From assembly GCF_001194135.2 (NCBI RefSeq), contig NC_068989.1:45537811-45601810 (forward strand): 64,000 nt of DNA, in the 5' to 3' direction. Both the position numbers and the translations under genes were made by a program. The first letter of the stretch is position 1, and each line of letters starts with the position of its first letter. The stretch comes from Octopus bimaculoides. Taxonomy: Eukaryota. Shown one piece after another: positions 26,075 through 39,575 of the stretch. Below the pieces are notes generated by a model. The model made no database searches. It was not told the DNA's origin and saw only the letters and a program-made list of their open reading frames with translations.

Positions 26075-26523
26075 GATTGGAAGGACAACAAAAGAAAGAA
26101 AGAGACCTCGATATTATGTAAATAGAGGAATTTATCTGTAAAGATATGAGTTGGAATTTACGAGAACCAAAACAAAAGATGAAGACGGGTTTGTAAACAA
26201 CAAACAGATGTATTAGTCTAACGCTCGGGAATTGAGAAAGTCTTTTACGTTTCGAGCCTACACTCTTCAACAGAAAGGAACAGAGAAATAAGCAGAGAGA
26301 GAAAATAAAAAAAGGTTTAGTGGCTAGCAATCAATCATAGTGAATGCCGGACAGAGGTGGTCAGACAGGAGACATAGGAAGAAAGAGAGATAAAAAGTTG
26401 TGGTGATCCCAAAACGAAGATGCGCGTGCGTGTGTATGCGAGAGCGTGTATATGCGTATGGATAGGGGCTGGTGACCTTGACGTATGCGTGTGAGCATGT
26501 GTAGGTGTGTGGATGATGGTGTG

Positions 26524-26530
<7 letters not shown>
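26075..26530 (-). mobile_element. Interspersed repeat with a Penelope-type terminal signature, nested in a SINE B microsatellite
   Basis: Contains ctgttgaagagtgtaggctcgaaacgtaaaag on the minus strand (hammerhead-like core). Boundaries approximate; PLE origin is inference. Confidence 0.5.
26242..26277 (-). ncRNA. Variant minimal hammerhead-like motif
   Basis: CUUU-CUGUUGA-A-GAGU(GUAG)GCUC-GAAA-C-GUA-AAAG: stems I and II pair, ACGU palindrome forms stem III, but core position 6 is U instead of A. Confidence 0.4.
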
Positions 26531-26597
<67 letters not shown>

Positions 26598-26600
<3 letters not shown>

Positions 26601-26762
26601 GACGGGCTTCTTTCAGATTACGTTAACCAAATCTACTCATGAAGCTTTGGCCGACCCAAGGCTATGCACATAATAGAAGACATCTTCCCAAGTGCCATGC
26701 AGTTGAAATAAACCCGGAATCATGAGATTAGAAAACAAACTTCTTACTACACAGTTACGGCC
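26598..26762 (-). mobile_element. SINE family B 5' half
   Basis: acgacgggcttctttcag...accaaatctactc...gctttggccgaccc...cccaagtgccatgcag...aacccggaatcatg. Confidence 0.7.
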
Positions 26763-28804
26763 ACGACTGATATTGAAAAAGCTCAAACATTTTTGACTGT
26801 AAGTATCATAATTGAAATATTTTATGCTCATCATAATTCTTTTTCAATGTCTGAGCTTCCTGCTATTAAAATTTTATCATTTTAATGTAAGGATTTAATG
26901 GTAGTCTTTCCAGTCCGAGGAAAATGGATCTGCAATTTCTGGTTCAACAACCTACTAGCCCGCACGTCCCCGCTTTAATGTAAGTATTACGGTTTTAAAA
27001 GACAAAGCAATTGATGGGCTGTTCAATAAGGGAAAGGGTAAATATGAATGAAACTGAATTATATATATATGAAATATACAAATAATTGTCAAGTGTTCAA
27101 TACGATTCAGTAGCATGTATAAATTAAATTTAACGGTGGTGCAATTTCACTCGACAAGTACAAAGAGGTGTAGTAATTGAATTACATTGTAAGTGAGCGA
27201 CCTTGTCTAGAAGTGGGCTGCAGAGCCATGGTCATTATTAAGCGGGCTGCACCGCTAAAAATATTCAAGGTAATTCTTCTTTGAGCATGCCTTTGAGAAA
27301 GTCTCGCGAGCGGGAGTTCATCTATGTCTGGTTTACATTACTTCGTGATTTCATATTTTGTGTGAGTGAAAATTTTCAATCTCACCACTACATGTTGCTA
27401 GAAATACTAAATAAACTTTACTCAAAATTTTTAAATGGTTACACTGTTTGTTCCTACAAAAATTTCTGATACTGCAATGTCTTCTCAATCAGAGTTACCG
27501 TGGTGTTAAAAACCAATGTTAACTGCAGCGGTAATAACATCATTACTATTAATAAAGACGAACTTAAGTACTCACTAAAATGGTTAAACTTCAGCCACAT
27601 CCTACTGCCTGTATAATATCAAGTGTATATTAATTTATTGATGTGTTAACAGTATTTCGTTTTGTTGCTGTATAATATGGTATAGTACGCGTTGTTTGAT
27701 TTTCAGCCTACGCTGTTTTAGTTGATAGTAAAATATACTTCTACTTTCACAATATGCTTGTGGACAAAAAATGACGAAACTCGATAAGCAGCCAAAACGT
27801 GCAACGTGTACACCATTCCCCGCTTTACATCTGCCCGTAAACACATTGTGTGAATATATGCAGTGCTTACATTTGTAGGAGCATGAGTTGTTGGCTAAAA
27901 AAATTTACAGATTTAGAGATACATTGTATTCCACATTATTACAAGAACATATATACAATGAAGTCCTAGAATTAGAGACATGAAATATGAACCAGAATGT
28001 TTCAAACTAGAACAACATTCATCCTAAACCAGAACAGTTAAAGCAATATTAACAATACCTGTAGATTTCCTACCTCAGATTTTCACTCAACGTGATATCT
28101 ATCACATATCAATTTCCTATTTGTAAATTATAGAATAATACCTCCGCATTCATATGAGAATATTTTAATATAACCGACTTCTCTCATAGATCAGTTGTAC
28201 TGTGCCAAGCTAATTATGATGCTTCACTAGAAATCTTACACTGATTGTGATACATTGTAATTTTACTACATTGTATAGCACACTCAACTAGCAAGAACCT
28301 GTAAAATAATTTAGCCTATACTTATAATTCTCACCATATGTTTGACTTTGTTAATACTCGTATCTGAGTAGATTTGTACTATACGAGGATTTTTGAAACA
28401 CAATACGTAGCAAATGAGGCTTCCACCCATTAAAGCTAACCCCAGGACAAATTAAGGAAGAAAATATGGAGAAAGAGAATAAGCCAAAGAAGTTCATAGC
28501 AAAATAGGCAAATTGGAATGTAAAGTGACAAATGACGACTCTTTTCAAAGCTCTAATATAAAGCGTGTAGCAGACATATGTAACCAAAAATTTCAAGAAA
28601 GTGGGAAATGTAAAAAAGAAACTTATGAGGAATTTAAAATGTGTTAATAGCTAATATTTAACTGCGATATTGGAACTGTATCAGTGATCTGTTCGCAGAT
28701 AGGCGACGAAACTTTTGGTGCTTCAGGAAGTAAATGAAAAGTAATTATCAGAAATTTTATGTGATTCTAAACAGTACTGCGGCGATATATTTGCATATTA
28801 ATAT

Positions 28805-29560
28805 ATCTACGAGTGTGACCCGTGTAAATTCCACAGGATGATTTGCATTTTTAAAGCATTCATAGTTTAGCTTCCTTGAAATATACTTGACATTCGTCTA
28901 CGCTAATTTTCTCACGTCTTCATTTGGTGTTATTTTTTTTTTCCTTTTTCGTCGGTTGTTGTCTTTTTTCTCTTCTTATTATATCTTCTCACTATTCCTC
29001 TTTGATCTGTGATCTATACATATGCATCCTTCCTCGGGCAGCTTGCAACCGTGTTTCTTGTGCATCCATAGTTTACGCTAAATTAATCCCACTAAACGAA
29101 TATAATTTTTTAAGCGAGCAGATGATAAATAATTGCACGAATGCGCATGTGTGAAGCGATAGTTGCTATAACTACCTCCCCTGTCTATCTCTCTCCCTTT
29201 ACTTTTCTTTAACTTCACGACCAGAACATCACTCTCTGCTAAATATTGTATCCTAAACATATCTCTTTCCCTTCACCTTTCCTTTCTGCTAACTTTTTAA
29301 CCATGTAATAAGTATTCTTTTCCCACCCGACGGCACGTCTTTAAACCCTCTTTTACTCTCGTTATCTTTTTCTCTCGTTCTTCGCTTCTACTTTCAGCTG
29401 ACCACGTGACACACTTGGCCTGTGTGTATTAATGTTAATCACCTTTCACTACTTTCCCTCTCTTCTTTCTTCACTCCTTTCTCCTCTTTAGCACTCATAC
29501 TCTGCCTCTCACTCACTCCTCCACCACCTCTTTAATTAACAAAAGTATCACGAGTGAACG
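28805..29560 (-). mobile_element. Possible non-autonomous Helitron relic
   Basis: Minus strand ends in an imperfect hairpin cctgtg-gaattta-cacggg followed by tcacactcgtag (CTAG-like). Upstream peptide DAQETRLQAARGRMHMYRSQ resembles charged N-terminal repeats of Helitron proteins. 5' end undefined. Confidence 0.35.
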
Positions 29561-31903
29561 AACAAGCTGATTATTATAGAGATTTTAGAATAAATATGAA
29601 CCTCCATCAGCAAGCTGAACCTCACCTTCACCCCACATCATATAATGGCAATTAAAAAAATGAAAAAAATTCTCCTTTTGTTGTATCTTCCCACATCACA
29701 ACGGAACGGGAAACTAATCAACTTGTATTATTGCTGGGAGACTGACACTAATAACTACAAAATCCTGCTTGAAAATCTGGAACGTACAGTATCTACGGTC
29801 TACCGATTTATGGTGTTGTAATAATTTAGTAAAAGAAATTAAGGATAATGTCTCTTGCCCCTTTGTATGGCCCCCTCAGACTGTTGAAGGGAAAGGAAAC
29901 TGTTTTCCGCTATCGACAATCGAACTAAGAATTCTTGCAACACTATGTACCCCGCAGAAAACCTCCATAGGCCAGGTGGTGGTGCTAAACTGTGCAACCG
30001 TTCATGTATGAAAGCCAAAGTTTTTTCATGAAAAAGAATATGGTTTCCGATAATAGTGTCTTAAAAATTGAGTTGCACTTAAACTTTATGCAGTTGCTGA
30101 AAAGAAAGCTGCACGGCATTTGGTTCGGTTCTATACGCTACATTTTTCTTTTGAAGCAACAAATATGTTCGTGAGCATATTACATGAGCACAAGGTCACG
30201 CATTAAGTGTATCGACTCTAGTACTTGAACAGTAGGCTATTTAATGATACTGAAAGGAAGAAAAAGTGCAAAATCAACTGCGTATGGATTTGAACACGGA
30301 ATTTAAAGGAGTGTATTTAACAAATACATTTTGTTTAATGCAACTCACTCTGTATTTCTACCAATGTTATAAACAATAAGATATTTTAATGAAGATTATT
30401 TTGGCGCAGAATGTTTTATATTTTCATGTATATTCATTCTAGGCAATATCGTAGCGAAAGCCTGTATGATTTAATATCGAAGATGCAAGTAAATTAAATT
30501 AGCAACTCAGCAAAAACAGGGTGAAAAAAATTAAGAGTACAATGCGAATGTAATAAAGCTTTGGGTTAAAAGAAAGGAAAATAAATCGATGTTTCAAACA
30601 GTTATCCATTGTCAAGGTAGAACGAAGGAGAATGGAACAAAAAATCTTGAAAAAATAAAAAGACAAAACAAAAAGAAACAACGTTGGTTTAGAAATACAA
30701 CAGGCTGGAACAGCAAGTATGAAATGAGTGGTGTAAAACAAAACAAAAAATGTCTTTTATCGGAAAGGAGTGCGCATGTGGTAAAGGAAATAGGCCTCGC
30801 ATGCATGTGAGATGGTAAGGAAATAAAATGAAGTGCGTGCAAATTATGTTTATAAATCTATGCCTGGGTTTTTCTGTGGGGGAGGGGGCGTGTGTGTGTG
30901 CGTGTGTATGGAGTGCAATGGCATGAATGCAGAATAAAGTGTGTGAGATTGGGTGTATGTGAATGTGTATGACACGATATTGTATGTGTAGTGTGTTCTA
31001 AATAACGTAGAGCTGTAGTTGTAGTTTTGTATGGATGAGTAGCAAATCGTGTGCAAGTGTATGAAAGGAGAAGGGTAAATAACAGCGTTTTGCAGTTGTG
31101 TTATGGTTAAAAAAAGGCAATTCGTCAGTTAAAACCACCAGGCGTGGCAGGGTGAAGAGGAAGGAATAAATGTTGTTCTCAACAACAGCGTAAAACGGGA
31201 TCTCTGTGGTGTAGAGTGAGTAGATCAATCACATGATGCAGGTAGAAGTGGACCAGAAAATGGAATAGATAGGTCATAGATGTGAATAAGCAGACGTTGC
31301 TCGGTCAGAAGTCAAACAAATTTTCTCTTAAAAGATCAACCGATTTCCAAGTAGTATTCCTTATTGAAATTAAAGGAAATTTTTAGATGTACATTAGATC
31401 CATTTCGTGACATTTCTTGATGTAGGAAAATACAGCGATCAGATGAGGAACAAAGAATCAACGTTGTCCGTAGTGAAAGCTGAGAATACTGGGTACCAAA
31501 ATGCTGCTTATACTGCTATTACATTTCTATAAAAATGTGAGCATTGCATGAAAAATTCAAACTTTTAACAATTAGTATGCTTATTATTACACACAATGAC
31601 AGTCATACCCGCACACCTGCATATTTGCACAATATAGTATATAATTATGGACATCATGGGGATATTATAAATAAGACCAACACAACAATTACAACTTCAA
31701 CTACCTGATTCACACGGAGGCTTCGATTTGGGAAAACTTTCATGTCCGTAGAAGAAAGAATAAAAACGAAAAAAAAATAATAATAATAGAATATGTAGAG
31801 GAGGTTGGATAGTCGCATCCTTCTGAAGATTATTTTCTATTTACTGTAGAAGGAAAACTTCGTACGTGTAAATGCCAAATAATTGTATTAAGTGGTTTCT
31901 AAA

Positions 31904-31995
<92 letters not shown>

Positions 31996-32485
31996 TCAGT
32001 GCAGTCTCCAAGACACTGTATTGCGCCCACTCCTTTTCATTATTTATATCAATGACTTCCTGACGTCATCAAGCAAACAGCAGCATTAGAGTTTTTGTGG
32101 ATCACCCTTAGCTCCTGAAGGTCGTAGGCAAGGCAGGAAATTGGATTAATCTCAAATAGAATGTACTTGTTGTTATCCAGTGGGCAGAAAAATACAACGC
32201 ACAGCTAAACGAGAATGAATTTGAATTAAGTCACTTCGGTAAAGAGACTGCACTTAAGGAAACATTCTTTCTCTCCTCACGCAAAAACCTCGTAGCATCA
32301 AACACCGTTTCAGACTCGCCAACGACTTCAGTGGAATGCCACTCTAACAACAATAGCCCGCAGGGTGTGATGCTGGGTCATGAAGAATTTTCGGTCTAGA
32401 GAATCATTTACCATTATCCATCTCCTCTCCATCTTCGCTCGTCTTCACCTTCGCTCGTCTCCACCTTCGATCGTCTTCACCTTGA
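31996..32485 (+). mobile_element. CR1/L2/Jockey-group LINE reverse transcriptase fragment
   Basis: QDTVLRPLLFIIYINDF (QGTVLGPLLF motif), SIRVFVD (xADD motif), VIQWAEKYNAQLNENEFEL, FARLHL; frameshifted. Confidence 0.8.
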
Positions 32486-33299
32486 CAAATGTTGTCGTCT
32501 CTCGACTACATAATAGTGTGTAATATTATACAAACTGATGCACCCAAGGTCTTAATTATTGGGCTCTTCTCGAGAAACTCAAACTCTTTTCCATCCAGCG
32601 CTACTGTATGTATGTATGTATGTATGTATGTATGTATGTATGTATGTATGTATGTATGTATGTATGTATGTATGTATATATATNNNNNNNNNNNNNNNNN
32701 NNNNNNNNNNNNNNNNNNNNNNNNNNNNNNNNNNNNNNNNNNNNNNNNNNNNNNNNNNNNNNNNNNNNNNNNNNNNNNNNNNNNNNNNNNNNNNNNNNNN
32801 NNNNNNNNNNNNNNNNNNNNNNNNNNNNNNNNNNNNNNNNNNNNNNNNNNNNNNNNNNNNNNNNNNNNNNNNNNNNNNNNNNNNNNNNNNNNNNNNNNNN
32901 NNNNNNNNNNNNNNNNNNNNNNNNNNNNNNNNNNNNNNNNNNNNNNNNNNNNNNNNNNNNNNNNNNNNNNNNNNNNNNNNNNNNNNNNNNNNNNNNNNNN
33001 NNNNNNNNNNNNNNNNNNNNNNNNNNNNNNNNNNNNNNNNNNNNNNNNNNNNNNNNNNNNNNNNNNNNNNNNNNNNNNNNNNNNNNNNNNNNNNNNNNNN
33101 NNNNNNNNNNNNNNNNNNNNNNNNNNNNNNNNNNNNNNNNNNNNNNNNNNNNNNNNNNNNNNNNNNNNNNNNNNNNNNNNNNNNNNNNNNNNNNNNNNNN
33201 NNNNNNNNNNNNNNNNNNNNNNNNNNNNNNNNNNNNNNNNNNNNNNNNNNNNNNNNNNNNNNNNNNNNNNNNNNNNATATATATATATATATATATATA

Positions 33300-33635
33300 C
33301 TACTCTTTCACTGTTTTACTTGTTTCAGTCATTTGAGTGTGGCTAAGCTGGAGCACCAACTTTAAGTTGAAAAAATCGACTCTTGGATCTATTCTTTGTA
33401 AAGCTGGTGCTTATTCTATTGTTCTCTTTTGCTGAATCGTTAAGTTATGAGGACGTAAACACACCAACATCGGTTGTCAAGCGATAGTGAGGGACAAGCA
33501 CAGATACAAATACACTCACATAAATATATATAGGACAGACTTCTTTCAATTTCCGCCAACCAAATCCATTCATATCACTTTAATCAGGCCAAGGCTATAG
33601 AAGAAGGCACTTGCTCAAGGTGGAACTGAACACGT
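33300..33635 (-). mobile_element. SINE family B copy
   Basis: ttttacttgtttcagtcatttga...gtaaacacaccaacatcggttgtcaagcgat...ccaaatcc...ggctatagaagaaggcacttgctcaaggtg. Confidence 0.75.
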
Positions 33636-33804
33636 AATACCCAAACAGTCTAAGAGATTTCTTCGGGCTTGCATTAGTTAAAAAGTCGAAATTGTTTGGC
33701 CCATGACACTCCATGTGCCGTAAGTAATGCATGTGTAAAAGGTGAATGAAATCGGTTGGGTAGTTCTCGAGTTTTAGTAATGCACACACACGGAATCTCA
33801 GTTA

Positions 33805-33836
<32 letters not shown>

Positions 33837-33861
33837 CACACACAAACATACATATATTATC

Positions 33862-34062
33862 ACTTACTTATTTCAGTCAGTAATCTGCGGCTCCGCTGCC
33901 TTATCGCCTTGAAGAGTTGTTAGTCGAATGAATTTACCTCCAATACTTATTTTTAAAAGCCTGATACTTATTCTATCGGTCGCTTTTGTAGAACCGTTAT
34001 GTTACGAGCACGTAAGCACACCAATACAGTTCGTTAAGTAGTAGTTGCACACGCACAGACAA

Positions 34063-34112
<50 letters not shown>

Positions 34113-34330
34113 ACACACATATATGTATATGTGTGTGTATATATGTATGTGTGCGTATGTGTGTGTTTGTATGTGTATGTGTGTATGTGAGCGTGTGTAT
34201 GATGGGCTTCTTTCAGTTTCCTCCGATGAAATCCACTCACAAGGCTTTGATCGGCCCGATACCATAATAGAAGACACTTGCACAAAAGTGCACGCAGTGG
34301 GACTGATCTAGGAGTCATGTAACTGCGGAA
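33862..34330 (-). mobile_element. SINE family B copy with expanded internal (CA)/(TG) tract
   Basis: tacttattctatcggtc...gggcttctttcagtttcc...aaatccactcacaaggctttg...gcacgcagtgggactga. Confidence 0.75.
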
Positions 34331-35716
34331 CATCGTTAATGTATATTGCATCGTTGATGTATAATGTATATTTCAGAACATCGTTAATGAGGCTAGAATA
34401 ACACTGAAACATATCCCCAGTTTGTCACATATTAAAGAAAATTACGAAAATATATTTCTCTATAAACAATAGCATCTCTATATATTTGCTTCTAACATTA
34501 AGTTAGATAAATTAGGTCGAGCATTTTTTTCTCCCGTAGTGCTAACAAGAGTACCTTTACCTGGATACTCTACTCATATAAATAGCATTGCATAACTAAA
34601 TCTCACGCATATTATAACTCACCGTATTAAAAACGGATGGAAATTTTCGCTGATAGCGTATTAGACACTCTGTTGTTAAAAACAGTTGTAATAGAAAAGC
34701 ATCGTGTTCACATCTGGGGCATCTTTTAACCATACCACTGCTCTCGATAAAGGCTTAACTTAATAAGATAAAACTTAATGCATTCTTCACTATACTTATA
34801 ATTGGGCGCTACCCTGGTCTGAGAGCTAATCACGTCGAATAGGAAGCATAACTATTACATTTCCAGGTACGATGAAATATGTAAATCTAATTTACTAGAA
34901 ACCATTTATTCTGCTGCAGCAATTATCTTGCCAAATTTTGCCTGAGAAACTATAGAGAACGTGGTATTACAATAGCAAGTTCTCAGTATAACTGATCCAA
35001 AAATTAATGGTAATATATAATTAGAACCAGTTTAATTAAGTTAATAAATATTCCTCTATGCCAAAACGCATGAACACCACGAATTCCAGTATTATATCCT
35101 ATGCAATTACAATCAATTTTCCAATGCTATCATCCAAATCTTCATCATTATCATCAATATCAGCAACATCAACATCATCATCAATACCCTCATTAGTAAC
35201 ATCATTACTAACATCGTCTCCACGTCATAGGTATCAACATCTTCATGAAGATTATGCAACGCAAGATATCATCATCCTCATCATCATCATCACCAGATCC
35301 GGCAGTAGCGCCTACGTCCTCACCAGCGTATCTACATCGCCTAGATCATATTTCAAACTAGCTCATCATAATTATCTAGGGCAGTACACAACCACCAGCC
35401 TTGGGCAAGGCTGCTCATTAGTAGAGTAAAGTCAGCTGACATCCTCGTATGAGTATCCCAAGGCAACATTTACTGTGCTTCCGTTAATTGTCTTAAGTAT
35501 GTAGGTAACCGCTTCTAGACATAGGCACCCTCCTCCGACACACTACTCTTCGACCTAACGCAACATCCAAGATGTGAAGCTGTGGAATGGGAGAATTGCA
35601 CCATTACACGGTTGGTACTTATTACAGTTTAACAGAAAGTATCAACATGCAATGAAATATCTTGGCTTGGAATTGAACTCAGGACCATATGATCATGCGC
35701 TAAGCACCCTTGGTCA

Positions 35717-35751
<35 letters not shown>

Positions 35752-36619
35752 NNNNNNNNNNNNNNNNNNNNNNNNNNNNNNNNNNNNNNNNNNNNNNNNN
35801 NNNNNNNNNNNNNNNNNNNNNNNNNNNNNNNNNNNNNNNNNNNNNNNNNNNNNNNNNNNNNNNNNNNNNNNNNNNNNNNNNNNNNNNNNNNNNNNNNNNN
35901 NNNNNNNNNNNNNNNNNNNNNNNNNNNNNNNNNNNNNNNNNNNNNNNNNNNNNNNNNNNNNNNNNNNNNNNNNNNNNNNNNNNNNNNNNNNNNNNNNNNN
36001 NNNNNNNNNNNNNNNNNNNNNNNNNNNNNNNNNNNNNNNNNNNNNNNNNNNNNNNNNNNNNNNNNNNNNNNNNNNNNNNNNNNNNNNNNNNNNNNNNNNN
36101 NNNNNNNNNNNNNNNNNNNNNNNNNNNNNNNNNNNNNNNNNNNNNNNNNNNNNNNNNNNNNNNNNNNNNNNNNNNNNNNNNNNNNNNNNNNNNNNNNNNN
36201 NNNNNNNNNNNNNNNNNNNNNNNNNNNNNNNNNNNNNNNNNNNNNNNNNNNNNNNNNNNNNNNNNNNNNNNNNNNNNNNNNNNNNNNNNNNNNNNNNNNN
36301 NNNNNNNNNNNNNNNNNNNNNNNNNNNNNNNNNNNNNNNNNNNNNNNNNNNNNNNNNNNNNNNNNNNNNNNNNNNNNNNNNNNNNNNNNNNNNNNNNNNN
36401 NNNNNNAATATTTCTAAGTCTCTCTAAAGGAGACTACGGCAGCGGTACTGGAAATTAATAGTTATCGCCAAGCCAACATGGCAGTCCCAAAATTAGGACG
36501 AAAGCTGCCGTGAATTAGCTCCAAGAAGCCATCGCCTCTAGCTAGCTATGTGACACACGAAACCTGTGTCCTTTATAACCTTCGAACAGGGGAGGTCAGC
36601 AGTGTCCCCCTGCATATAT

Positions 36620-36695
<76 letters not shown>

Positions 36696-36704
36696 ATATA
36701 TACT

Positions 36705-37005
36705 GGCACTCCGTCGCTTACAACAACGAGGATTCCAGTTCATCCGATCAACGGAACAAACTGCTCGTGTAATTAACGTGCAAGTGTCTGAGCATTCCAC
36801 AGACCTTAACATAATTTTCAAATGAGATTCAGCATGACACAGAGTGTGGCAAGGCTGGCCCTTTGAAATATAGGTATTATTCATTTTTGCCAGCTGAATG
36901 AACTGGGTAACGTGAAATAAAGTGTCTTGCTTAACAGTACAACGCGCCGCCAGCTATCGAACTTGCGACCTTACGGTTGTTAGCCGAATACTCTAAGTAC
37001 AAGCA
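36705..37005 (-). mobile_element. SINE family D copy (tRNA-like head on minus strand)
   Basis: Minus strand: ...gtattcggctaacaaccgtaaggtcgcaagttcgatagctggc...aagcaagacactttatttcacg...; B-box-like GTTCGAT. Family identity recalled; no second full copy here. Confidence 0.6.
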
Positions 37006-37154
37006 CATGCACAGATACGGTGGGCTTTTTCAGTTTCTGTTTACCAAATTCACTTACAAATATTTGGCCTGCTCAAATGTAACCGAATTACCCCTGTTCC
37101 ACGGAAATTCTGGCCTTACGCCACAAATCTGAACTCGATATTTTAGTTGATAAT

Positions 37155-37355
37155 AGGGCGTCGATCTGGCATCATTAGCACGACGGGCAAACTTTAGCGG
37201 TATTTCACTTGTCTTTACGTTCTTAGTTCAAATTCTGCTGAGGTCTGCTCTGCCTTTCATCCTTTCGGGGTCGGTAACATAACTAGCAACTGGACACTAA
37301 TCAACTTATCCCCTCTGCCGATATTGCTGGCCTTATGCTAAAGTTTGAAACCGAT
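37155..37355 (+). mobile_element. SINE family A copy flanked by a direct repeat
   Basis: cgatattttagttgataat at 37136-37154 and 37352-37370; preceded by the 3' end of another family A copy (37080-37140). Confidence 0.8.
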
Positions 37356-38044
37356 ATTTTAGTTGATAATTGTGTTATAATGGTCAATAATTCATGTTTA
37401 TAACGTTATTTTTACTAATATTTTAATTGCAACGAATGCTTTTGTTGATGTAGTTGCTGATGATATAATCGTTTTCTTTAGTAACGTTGCCGTTAGAGTT
37501 CATAATATATATATTTTTTTAAGCTTTGAGTCCAAATTCCGCTGACGTCGACTTATGCCTTTCATCCTTTCCCCATCGATAAAATAAGTACCAGTTGAAA
37601 ACTTGACTCAATGTAATCAACCTCCTTTTGCCTTCTGCCAAACTATGAAACCTGTATTGTCATTACATTTCAGAACTACTTCAGATTGTGTTACTCTCTT
37701 TTCACTCGCAACCGAAACCGTTGTAATGGTTGCTGTATATATCGTTACACTTGTCAGTGTGGCTGTTATTTTTGTTGGTTATATTTCTATTGTGAATGTT
37801 GTTGTGATTAAATATTAATTCCGGTCTCATTGTTTTTATATCGTTGCAGTTGTTTCTGTTGTTTTATTTGGGTGATTATTACTCAAACCATTACAGCTTG
37901 TGTTCTTACAATACTTATTGTTATTTTTCGTTATTAACCATTGCTCTGTTTCTATGTGTTATTATAAATGTTGTTAATAATGGTTGTATTCGTATTGCGC
38001 GTTCACATGGTGTTCTTTATCATCTTATTGTTGTTGTTGTTGTT

Positions 38045-38075
<31 letters not shown>

Positions 38076-38454
38076 ATAATGTTGTTATTTTAATTATATT
38101 TAACGACATTCGTTCTTATATGTGTTGTTATAATTTAAATATTTTTCCTCTTCATGTTATTATTCTTGTTTTGTTTCTGTTATTGTTGCATCGTACGGTT
38201 GTTATCAATTTTATAGAAACATCAAAAATAAGGTCATTTAGTGTAGTCGCAGTTAATTTTAAAATAACATCACAGACAGTTTTATTTCACATTAATTCCG
38301 TTTTAACTTTTACATTATATTCTTTATACTTTCTCTATACTTCTTCAAACCATTCTCAATGAAGAATCTACAAATCTCATAGAATCGTGAACATATGCAA
38401 ATAGAAATTTCTAAAGCTTTCCGTCCAACACACGATGTAAATACACACAGCAAA

Positions 38455-38465
38455 CAGTCACAAGC

Positions 38466-38519
<54 letters not shown>

Positions 38520-38540
38520 ATATCTATCTATCTATCTATA

Positions 38541-38615
<75 letters not shown>

Positions 38616-38678
38616 TTAGCTATCTGTCTATCTATCTAGCTAGCTAGCTAGCTATGTATCTATCGATCGATCGAACGA

Positions 38679-38740
<62 letters not shown>
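38455..38740. repeat. Compound microsatellite (CTAT)n-(GCTA)n-(GATC)n-(TC)n-(TA)n
   Basis: Directly visible. Confidence 0.95.
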
Positions 38741-38774
38741 NNNNNNNNNNTTCTTTCCAAACACGTCTGTCTGT

Positions 38775-38814
<40 letters not shown>

Positions 38815-39069
38815 TACAAAAAGAATCACATAATAACAAATTATGAAGAAATCTATTCATACCATTTTATTTTTAATTGTGTTATAAGAAGAGAGTAGCA
38901 AACGCGAGTATTTTATTGCATATGTGATGTCGAGTGGGAGTTTTCATATCTGGAATTTGAAAACAAAATTTAATTATATTTTCTTACAAATTATTTTTAT
39001 AAATTTGGTTTCGTTGCATCTGTTTTGAATTTCAATTTTCGCAATACACGGACACATACACACTCCAAC

Positions 39070-39575
<506 letters not shown>

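Noticed and set aside
27211-27269. Exon candidate VGCRAMVIIKRAAPLKIFK ending at AAG/GTAATT
   Set aside because: Weak acceptor, one open frame of 19 codons, no supporting neighbours.
27780-27844. SWIM-finger-like GRCKAGNGVHVA on the minus strand
   Set aside because: Key cysteines are missing and the context is not protein-like.
30480-31330. G-rich, strand-skewed complex sequence, possibly a TE interior
   Set aside because: No termini, repeats or coding motif that I can support.
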